In this document: in pieces, positions 30,809-38,535 of the stretch
How the letters are laid out: each line of letters opens with the position of its first letter
Position numbering within the stretch: position 1 is the first letter of the stretch
DNA from: Obrimoposthia wandeli
Taxonomy: Eukaryota
Direction: 5' to 3'
DNA: 64,000 bases
Assembly: GCA_977020255.1 (NCBI GenBank)
Contig: CDROCS010000506.1
Coordinates: 3,162,001-3,226,000, forward strand
Translations under genes and position numbers: made by a program
The notes under the pieces: model-generated
Seen by the model: the letters and a program-made list of their open reading frames with translations, nothing else
Database searches by the model: none
Told to the model about the DNA's origin: nothing

Positions 30809-31448
30809 TATTGTCCGTGTGTGCTAAGTTTTTTTCATTAAGCAGCGCTAATAATTCATCCGGGGTATTTTTTAATAATAGTGCCGAATATTCTTTACGG
30901 AATGAGCTAATAAGGCTTCGACCTTCAACTTTAACATCATAGATACGCCATCCATCATCTTTGAGTCGCAATGAATAGTCGATAGCCGTTTTCTTGTTAA
31001 TTAAGCTATTAACACGTGCGCGTTGCATATTACGTATTGGTTTCATTGCTGAGGACTTAGTTAACAACACCGAGAACTTACTGTCGTTATTTAGTCTGTC
31101 CAAATACAAGTTACCCAAGTGAATGGTAAATGCATCGGTAAACTTGGCTTGTTGCTCAGGCGTAAAGCGACGATCGCTGTAATCACCTAACGGACTGGTT
31201 GCACCCGCTGAAAATTTACCCAGTGTGAGCTCCGAAATCAAGGTGAAATCAAAATGACCCGTCACAATCGGCCAAAGCTGTTCACGTTTAACTTCAGTTG
31301 TCAGCGCGGGATCATTAATGATGTTTAACGATTTTGTCATCGCATTATCAATTAATGCCGTCGCTTGGTTAATGTTATTGGTATTCGCATTTACTGCGGT
31401 TGTTAATAGTAAAAGTGTTGAAATACATAACGTAATAATTTTTTTCAT
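30798..31448 (-). CDS. mlaC: MlaC/Ttg2D phospholipid-binding protein
   Basis: Signal peptide; FDFTLISELTLG, WRIYDVKVEGRSL. Confidence 0.88.
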   Translation of the reverse strand: MKKIITLCISTLLLLTTAVNANTNNINQATALIDNAMTKSLNIINDPALTTEVKREQLWPIVTGHFDFTLISELTLGKFSAGATSPLGDYSDRRFTPEQQAKFTDAFTIHLGNLYLDRLNNDSKFSVLLTKSSAMKPIRNMQRARVNSLINKKTAIDYSLRLKDDGWRIYDVKVEGRSLISSFRKEYSALLLKNTPDELLALLNEKNLAHTDNNAE

Positions 31449-31499
31449 AGAATACCTAATAATACAAAGTTCGAATATAGCGTCGCGTTGGTGTTGTAA

Positions 31500-31952
31500 T
31501 TATTCACCTTCACTACTAAATACATATTTACTGATGAGATCTTCAATATCAAGTGCGGACTCTGTTTCTTCAATACGCTCACCCGCTGCTAGATATTCAT
31601 CACTACCACCTGGGGTCAGAGACAAGTATCTATCACCGAGTAAACCTGCCGTTTTAACGGATGCGATCACATCGACAGAAAGGCTTATATCGTTGTCAAT
31701 TTTTAGCTTTACACGCGCAATTTTAATATTGGGTAATAATACGACGTCTTCAATTTGACCTATTTTAACGCCAGCCATTTCGACATTTGCGCCACCTTTT
31801 AAACCTGTGGCAGAGTTGAAATCGGCATAAACACTATAATAGTTATCGCCTAGCAACTCCATTTTCCCGAGTTTAACTGTTAGATAACCAACACACAGCA
31901 TGCCTATTAGTACAAATAGACCGACAGAGGTTTCAATTGATGATTTTTTCAT
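31500..31952 (-). CDS. mlaD: MCE protein MlaD
   Basis: VGLFV TM, GANVEMAGVKIG, TAGLLGDRYLSL. Confidence 0.92.
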   Translation of the reverse strand: MKKSSIETSVGLFVLIGMLCVGYLTVKLGKMELLGDNYYSVYADFNSATGLKGGANVEMAGVKIGQIEDVVLLPNIKIARVKLKIDNDISLSVDVIASVKTAGLLGDRYLSLTPGGSDEYLAAGERIEETESALDIEDLISKYVFSSEGE

Positions 31953-31972
31953 AATAGCTCCAAATTTTTATG

Positions 31973-32731
31973 TTAATCGATATCGAGTAATGATGACTCA
32001 TGACCGTGGATAAAGGTTGAAATAACGGGATTGTCATCATTATTTAATTGTTCAGGAGTACCTTGAAAAATAATCTCACCTTTATTAAGTAATGCGATGC
32101 GTTGGGAAATACTAAATATTTCAGGGATCTCATGGCTGACAATGATCCCGGTAAAACCAAGTTTGCGTTGATAGTCTGCAATCATCCGATGAACTGCCTT
32201 TTTACGTATTGGGTCTAGTCCTGTCGTTGGTTCATCAAATAAAATTATTTCTGGTTCAGTAACAAGTGCACGAGCGAGGGCGACTCTTTTACGCATACCA
32301 CCAGACAGTTGTCCTGGGTATTGTTGTTCAGTGCCCATAATATCGAGTTGTGTCATGCGCATTTCAACCCGTTGCTGTATCTCTGCTTTGTTTAAGTTAC
32401 TTGCTTCCTGTAATGGTAGCGCAATATTTTCATATACCGTCATCGAATCAAACAATGCGGAGTCTTGAAACATATAACTAAATTTCTTTTTTAAGCTAAC
32501 TCGCTCTACTGAAGAGTGCTTTGAAAAGGCTTTACCGCCAAAAAGTATCGAGCCTGAATCGGGTTTAAGTAAGCCAATAATATGTTTAAGTAAGACACTT
32601 TTACCTTCACCACTTTTGCCTATGATCGTCGTTATCTCACCCTTGTAAATACTGAGATTGATGTTATTTAAGACTGTGTTTGTGCCGAATTTTTTACTAA
32701 CATTACAAAACTGAATCAGTGGCGTATTCAT
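31973..32731 (-). CDS. mlaF: ABC ATPase MlaF
   Basis: GKSGEGKS, LSGGMRKR, DEPTTGLDP. Confidence 0.92.
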   Translation of the reverse strand: MNTPLIQFCNVSKKFGTNTVLNNINLSIYKGEITTIIGKSGEGKSVLLKHIIGLLKPDSGSILFGGKAFSKHSSVERVSLKKKFSYMFQDSALFDSMTVYENIALPLQEASNLNKAEIQQRVEMRMTQLDIMGTEQQYPGQLSGGMRKRVALARALVTEPEIILFDEPTTGLDPIRKKAVHRMIADYQRKLGFTGIIVSHEIPEIFSISQRIALLNKGEIIFQGTPEQLNNDDNPVISTFIHGHESSLLDID

Positions 32732-32738
32732 AGTATTC

Positions 32739-33542
32739 CTATAATAAAAACGACGTTAAAATATAATCAATAACAAGCACAATTATACTTGCTTGTACAA
32801 CAGCGGTTGTTGTTGATAGACCTACGCCTTTAGCACCAAAATTATCACGTCGGGTATGAGTATAATAACCGTGATAGCAGCAAACTGCGATGACCGTGAT
32901 GGCAAAGAATATTGATTTGATAAAACCTCCTGCGACATCGGCCATGATCACACTATTTTCGACGCGATAAAAATAAGTCGCAGGATTAATGCCTAATAAT
33001 TGAGAACCAGTCAGGTAACCACCAAAGATACCAACAGTATCGAAGATAGCGGTTAATAGTGGAAAGCTAATAAGCGCAGCAATAATGCGTGGACTGACCA
33101 AAAATCGGATTGGATCTATAGTCATGGTTTTGAGTGCATCAATTTGTTCCGATATTCGCATAATGCCTATTTCTGCGGTCATTGCAGAACCCGCTCGGCC
33201 GATGATCATAATGGCAGTTAATACCGGACCTAATTCTCGAATAAGGGTGAGCGCGACTGCAGAGCCGAGTAAGCCAGTTGAACCAAATTGAGATAGGGTG
33301 TAATAACCTTGCAATCCCAACACCATACCGGTAAATAAACCAGTGACACAAATCACAACAATTGATTTTGCGCCAATAAAATACAGTTGTTCAATTACCC
33401 TACGCCACTGCCAAGGGCGAGAAAACATATGTATCATACTATGTAATAGAAACAGTGCTGCTTTACCAAAATCTTGGAGTAAAGAGATAACAGATCGGCC
33501 TAGTTGGGCTACTGGATTCATCGAAAAGCTGGCTTGAGGCAT
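32739..33542 (-). CDS. mlaE: ABC permease MlaE
   Basis: RELGPVLTA, GRAGSAMTAEIG, EQIDALK. Confidence 0.93.
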   Translation of the reverse strand: MPQASFSMNPVAQLGRSVISLLQDFGKAALFLLHSMIHMFSRPWQWRRVIEQLYFIGAKSIVVICVTGLFTGMVLGLQGYYTLSQFGSTGLLGSAVALTLIRELGPVLTAIMIIGRAGSAMTAEIGIMRISEQIDALKTMTIDPIRFLVSPRIIAALISFPLLTAIFDTVGIFGGYLTGSQLLGINPATYFYRVENSVIMADVAGGFIKSIFFAITVIAVCCYHGYYTHTRRDNFGAKGVGLSTTTAVVQASIIVLVIDYILTSFLL

Positions 33543-33715
33543 GCGTACTCCTTAATACATTTAATTTTACTTATGTCCATTATGGCTAATTACCTTCAAA
33601 TAAGAGAATGCAGAATAGTATCAAATATTTAATGTGTCAAAGGGGGAATGGATAAGGGTGCTCATTATTTTATATATTAGCGCTTATTTAATTTTATATC
33701 ATTTATTTTCGTTAA

Positions 33716-33745
33716 TTTAAGGGCAAATCAATAATGGTGTACTAT
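33716..33745 (+). promoter_or_regulatory. Candidate sigma70 promoter for the + strand repeat RNA
   Basis: TACTAT -10 at 33740-33745, ending ~10 nt before the start of the closing stem; only a weak -35 (tttaag/ttaagg). Confidence 0.4.
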
Positions 33746-33803
33746 ATTTGTAATTAGGTCGACGGATATTATATACCAACTACCTTCTGCGATATGTAAG
33801 TGA

Positions 33804-34424
33804 GTGTAAGTGAAGAACGTACTATGGCAGATACGTGTAAGTGTAGACGAATAACGTATGTGACAGATGCGTGTAAGTGAAAAAGAAAGTGTAAATGAAG
33901 ACGAATAGCGTGCGTGAAAGGTGCGTGTAAGTGAAAAAGAAAGTGTAGATGAAGACGAATAGCGTGCGTGAAAGGTGCGTGTAAGTGAAAAAGAAAGTGT
34001 AGATGAAGACGAATAGCGTGCGTGAAAGGTGCGTGTAAGTGAAAAAGAAAGTGTAAATGAAGACGAATAGCGTGCGTGAAAGGTGCGTGTAAGTGAAAAA
34101 GAAAGTGTAAATGAAGACGAATAGCGTGCGTGAAAGGTGCGTGTAAGTGAAAAAGAAAGTGTAAATGAAGACGAATAGCGTATGCCAAAGATACGTGTAA
34201 GTGAAAAAGAAAGTGTAAACGAAGACGAATAACGTGCGTGAAAGGTACGTGTAAGTGAAAAAGAAAGTGTAAACGAAGACGAATAGCGTATGCCAAAGAT
34301 ACGTGTAAGTGAAAAAGAAAGTGTAAATGAAGACGAATAGCGTATGCCAAAGATACGTGTAAGTGAAAAAGAAAGTGTAAATGAAGACGAATAGCGTATG
34401 CCAAAGATACGTGTAAGTGAAAAA
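33804..34424 (+). repeat. 54-bp tandem repeat: 10 full units (33871-34410), two shorter 5' units and a 3' partial
   Basis: gtgtaagtgaaaaag recurs at 33871, 33925, 33979, 34033, 34087, 34141, 34195, 34249, 34303, 34357 and 34411. Confidence 0.97.
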
Positions 34425-34529
34425 GTAAGTAAGGAAGTTAGTAAGTGAAGAAAGTAAGTAAAGTAAGTAAGAAAAGTATTGCGAAGATAGAAGTATATAT
34501 TTCAGTCGACCTTCTTTTCCCATATATGT

Positions 34530-34558
34530 AAGTCAGGCTAACAACCTGACTTTTTTTT
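34530..34558 (+). terminator. + strand Rho-independent terminator after the repeat array
   Basis: aagtcagg-ctaacaa-cctgactt with a T8 run; no U tract in the opposite direction. Confidence 0.85.
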
Positions 34559-34773
34559 GTCTTAAATTCCTGTCAATGATGCCTTCCAGTTTAATATCCA
34601 CAATCTAACACTTACAATAATGCCAATAAACGCGTGTAGATGTTTAATTCTATTGTTGAATAAGTATGATGTTTTGGAATGAAAATACGAAGGAGTGTAT
34701 GCAGAGGAGGGGAATAATGCCCCGATATTAAAACTTTATCTAGTTAAAATATCGGGAATTGGTATTGATGTAA

Positions 34774-35001
34774 TTAGCTATTAACTAGCATATCAATAAA
34801 GTTACGGCGTTCTTTTACTGTTGCAAGTTGAGCTATTTTCTCACCTTGTGAATCTGTAAAAGCTACTCGGTTTTTGTGAACTGAAATCGAGTGTACCGGT
34901 TGTTTAATTTGGATCTGTGTACCATTAAAAATAATAGTCATAATAAAACTCACTATAAAGGCGTAGCTTAACGCTATCGCATAATTTGTAATAAGCTTCA
35001 T
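34774..35001 (-). CDS. 75-aa membrane-anchored hypothetical protein
   Basis: N-terminal TM helix; downstream hairpin cccgatatt/aatatcggg near 34720-34756. Confidence 0.6.
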   Translation of the reverse strand: MKLITNYAIALSYAFIVSFIMTIIFNGTQIQIKQPVHSISVHKNRVAFTDSQGEKIAQLATVKERRNFIDMLVNS

Positions 35002-35368
35002 TACCGTATAACGATAATATTCTGAAATCTCACTATCTTTATTCTTGTATAAATAGCTGACTTAATAAGAAGTGTTTACAGCACGCAACATTTGCTGTAT
35101 TTCGTTGTTCAATAATTTAGCTTTATATGTTGGATTCTTTAATCTGGCTTACGGAATTTTCTAGGTAAGGCTTAATCGATGATTTTTATTTCGAGGATTG
35201 TTATTAAATAAATCTGAGCTGATAATAACAGCGTGTTTCTGTTGTAGCAAGTTTATTTTTGTTTATTGTTACTTATTTTTAGTTATTGCTTAGTTCCATC
35301 TCACTTTTCCGCTATTATATCCCTCCTAATGATTAAGATAACGTGATGTTTTCACTGAGAGTTTTATT

Positions 35369-36046
35369 ATGAAATACCAATGGATCTTATTTGATGCCGA
35401 TGAAACATTATTCCATTTTGATGCATTTAAAGGTTTGCAGTTAATGTTCTCTCGGTTTGATATTGACTTTAATCGAGATGATTTTGGCCATTATCAGACG
35501 GTTAACTTACCTTTATGGGTAGATTATCAAGATGGTAAAATTACCGCGACACAATTACAAAACCGCCGTTTTCAATCGTGGGCAGATAAGTTAAAAGTGA
35601 CAACCCACATTTTAAACAGCGCATTTATGACAGCAATGGCTGATATTTGTTGTTTGCTACCGGGGGCAAAAGAGCTTATTTCTGCCTTAAAAGGTAAAGT
35701 AAACATGGGTATTATTACCAATGGTTTTACAGAATTACAGCGTGTTCGTTTAGAAAAAACAGGCTTAAAAGATGTGTTCGCACCACTGGTTATCTCTGAG
35801 CAAGTCGGTATTGCTAAACCCGATGTTGGTATCTTTGAATACGCGTTAACCCACATGGGAAAAATACAACGTGAGCAAGTATTGATGGTTGGCGATAATC
35901 CCCATTCGGATATTTTAGGTGGCATGAATGCCGGTTTTGATACTTGCTGGCTCAATAGCGAGAATTCAGCATTACCTGATGGTATAAAACCTAGCTATCA
36001 AGTTACCTCATTAGCACAGTTACAATCATTGTTATTCGCGACTTAA
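35369..36046 (+). CDS. yjjG: Pyrimidine 5'-nucleotidase (HAD)
   Basis: LFDADETLFHFD, IITNGFT, AKPD, MVGDNPHSDILGG. Confidence 0.92.
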   Translation: MKYQWILFDADETLFHFDAFKGLQLMFSRFDIDFNRDDFGHYQTVNLPLWVDYQDGKITATQLQNRRFQSWADKLKVTTHILNSAFMTAMADICCLLPGAKELISALKGKVNMGIITNGFTELQRVRLEKTGLKDVFAPLVISEQVGIAKPDVGIFEYALTHMGKIQREQVLMVGDNPHSDILGGMNAGFDTCWLNSENSALPDGIKPSYQVTSLAQLQSLLFAT

Positions 36047-36193
36047 TTTAGTTCGAAGTTATAAAAATACTTATATTTTTTGGCTGCTTGCCGATATAAT
36101 TTTAGTGATTAATATAGTTATATTTTTAGCTAAACCGTTAGTAAAAAATGAATACGTAAATTAAAGTTTAATTTTATAGGAAAAGGAAAAAAC

Positions 36194-36799
36194 ATGTTTA
36201 AAGTTTCAACGCTTGCAAGCATACCGTTACTTATTGTTGCGCCAACACTCATGGCTGAACCATTTAACCATAATAATGCGCAGGTAAGTTATCGAGCAGA
36301 GCATTGGGCGCTAAATGTTGAACGTGCTATTACTGAAGATTTCTATATTACAGGTTTTTATCATCACTCCGGTGATATAGCGCTTAGCCCGACAGTAAAA
36401 GCTAAAGCTAGAGTTTTGGGCGCAGGTTTAATGACGTCAACAAATATTGGTCATATGACTGAGTTTTATGCTGGTGCTAACCTTACTCAAAACAGAATTA
36501 AGTCTTCGGAGAACGGCGTTGGACGACCAAGTGAAACAAATTTTTATCCGAGTGTGATTGCCGGTATAAAGCTGTCATCTAACGAAAAATTTGAAGCCGA
36601 CTTTAATGTGAATCATGGTTTTAGTGATAGCCAATATACTTATGGTTATCTTGATTCAACGTCATTTACCCTCGGCGGTAAGTACTTTATCGATCAGGCT
36701 ATGGCACTGGGTTTATCTTATGTATGGATTAAAGATCAAGATAAAGCGATTAGCGGGGACAATATAGAGCTGTCATTTAGCCTATACTTTGAATCGTGA
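36194..36799 (+). CDS. Outer-membrane beta-barrel protein (hypothetical)
   Basis: Signal peptide, alternating beta-strand pattern, aromatic-rich C-terminal strand. Confidence 0.65.
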   Translation: MFKVSTLASIPLLIVAPTLMAEPFNHNNAQVSYRAEHWALNVERAITEDFYITGFYHHSGDIALSPTVKAKARVLGAGLMTSTNIGHMTEFYAGANLTQNRIKSSENGVGRPSETNFYPSVIAGIKLSSNEKFEADFNVNHGFSDSQYTYGYLDSTSFTLGGKYFIDQAMALGLSYVWIKDQDKAISGDNIELSFSLYFES

Positions 36800-36817
36800 T
36801 TACTGATATTAAGATAT

Positions 36818-36848
36818 AAAAAAAGACGAGATTGCTCTCGTCTTTTTT
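36818..36848. terminator. Bidirectional terminator
   Basis: aaaaaaa-gacgaga-ttgc-tctcgtc-tttttt. Confidence 0.85.
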
Positions 36849-36874
36849 GTATCTATTAAAACTACTTTTTTGTG

Positions 36875-38173
36875 TTATTGCACGAGTGAATAAAAAATAG
36901 CGGTAATTGAAATTAGACCAATAAGAGTAATGAATATATTACTTAGTGCACCAGAGTACTTATGCATCGCTGGTACTTTATGGATTGCATACATTGGCAT
37001 AATGAATAGCAGTAACGCAATGATTGGGCCGCCTAAGCTTTCAATCATATGTAAGATGTTAGGGTTAATCGTTGCCACTGCCCATGCAGTCACAAGCATA
37101 AAGATAGTAGTGAAGTTGTTTAATGTTTTTTTACTGACTTCTTTACCTTTACTACGTGCCGCTTTTACAACTAGACCATTAAGACCTTCACTTGCACCGA
37201 TGTAATGACCTAAGAATGATTTGGTGATCGCAATGATTGCTACAACGGGTGCAGCATAAGCGATGACTGGTGTATCAAAGTGATTCGCTAAATAAGTCAA
37301 AATAGATATGTTCATCTCTTTAGCTTCAACAAGGTTCGCCGGTGATAGACTTAATACACAGCTGAATACGAAAAACATCACTGTTGCTACCATCATTATG
37401 TGTGCACACAATAAAATACGTGAACATTTTTTCTCGGCATCATCACCGTATTCATTTCTTTTTGCCACTGCAAATGACGAGATAACAGGTGAGTGGTTAA
37501 ACGAGAACACCATCACAGGTATGATCAACCAGACAGCCATCATTACGGTACCCATGCCACCTTCTGCAGGCATGACTTGTTCGAAGATTGCGCCATTCCA
37601 ATAAGGAACGAGGTAAAACGCTAGCATTAATAATACGGCTACGAATGGAAAAACTAAAACACTCATTGCTTTGATGATGAGTTGTTCACCAAGGCGTACA
37701 ATTGCAATTAAGGCAAGGATAAGGACAAGTGCTAAAATAGCACGTGGTGGTGGTTGAATGTGCAGTTGATTTAACATGAAATCTTGGACTGTATTTGTTA
37801 GCGCTACACTATAAACAAGTAAAATTGGATAGATAGCAAAGAAATATAGTAGGGTGATTAGTTTACCCATGCCCACACCAAAATGTTCTTCAACTACTTC
37901 AGTAATATCGGCACCAGGCTTCGAGCTTGATAATACAAAGCGAGTCATGGCACGGTGAGCAAAGAAAGTCATAGGTAATGCTAATACGGTCATTATCAAT
38001 AAAGGAATAAGACCAGCTACACCTGCAGTGATTGGCAGGAATAAAGTACCAGCACCAACGGCTGTGCCATATAGGCCAAGTACCCAAACGATGTCACTTT
38101 TAGACCATGTTGAACTGGTTTTTTTTGTTGTAGCTGTAGCTGAAGTCGAAATGTTTGCTGTTAACGTATCCAT
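36875..38173 (-). CDS. HAAAP serine/threonine permease (SdaC/TdcC-like)
   Basis: LYGTAVGAGTLFLP, FSFNHSPVISSF, KSFLGHYIGA. Confidence 0.93.
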   Translation of the reverse strand: MDTLTANISTSATATTKKTSSTWSKSDIVWVLGLYGTAVGAGTLFLPITAGVAGLIPLLIMTVLALPMTFFAHRAMTRFVLSSSKPGADITEVVEEHFGVGMGKLITLLYFFAIYPILLVYSVALTNTVQDFMLNQLHIQPPPRAILALVLILALIAIVRLGEQLIIKAMSVLVFPFVAVLLMLAFYLVPYWNGAIFEQVMPAEGGMGTVMMAVWLIIPVMVFSFNHSPVISSFAVAKRNEYGDDAEKKCSRILLCAHIMMVATVMFFVFSCVLSLSPANLVEAKEMNISILTYLANHFDTPVIAYAAPVVAIIAITKSFLGHYIGASEGLNGLVVKAARSKGKEVSKKTLNNFTTIFMLVTAWAVATINPNILHMIESLGGPIIALLLFIMPMYAIHKVPAMHKYSGALSNIFITLIGLISITAIFYSLVQ

Positions 38174-38535
38174 TATGGATATCTCCTATAAGAGGTATAA
38201 ACCTACAAAGAGCTATAGTCATAATTCTTCCGTGCTTCACTGTAAAGTGAACAAATACACATGATAAATGGATAATGCGTATCTCTATTTTGACACCTAT
38301 CTAGGTACCTATTTAGTACTATATATCTTCTTTCAGACTGCAATTTATAAAATATAGTTTAATCTGTCAAATAAATTTGAGCCTGTAATGGCCGTTGTTG
38401 AAACCGTCATTAAATAGTGTGATCCAGCACCTGTTATTAGCCTATTTCGTCAATAAGAGCTGATGATGAATTAATCAAAATACAGCTAAATAAGATCAGA
38501 TACGGGGATTTATTTAGATAAAAATAGAGGAATGT

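Larger units (their letters stand above)
33752..34558 (+). ncRNA. Candidate ~800-nt multi-hairpin tandem-repeat non-coding RNA
   Basis: 5'/3' closing helix 33756-33795 with 34476-34512; 12 hairpins whose substitutions preserve pairing; all three + frames closed in the repeat; + strand terminator with no + strand gene to serve. Confidence 0.6.

Noticed and set aside
33804-34424. CRISPR or TIGR-type guide array
   Set aside because: No unique spacers (the variable segment takes only a few related forms), and no cas or Nop-domain gene nearby
33756-34512. MITE with terminal inverted repeats
   Set aside because: The end complementarity has bulges and G.U pairs typical of an RNA helix, no target-site duplication is evident, and the ends line up with a promoter and terminator. 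A genome-wide copy search would settle it.
33769-34523. His/Phe-rich ORFs 33769..34404 (HLHFLFHLH repeats) and 33822..34523 on the - strand
   Set aside because: All three - frames of the repeat unit are stop-free simply because the + strand is A/G-rich. There is no convincing RBS, and the structural signals (G.U pairs, terminator polarity) point to the + strand. Not fully excluded without ribosome profiling.
33752-34558. CsrB/CsrC family sRNA
   Set aside because: Repeat units and hairpin loops lack GGA; only isolated GGA triplets occur outside the units
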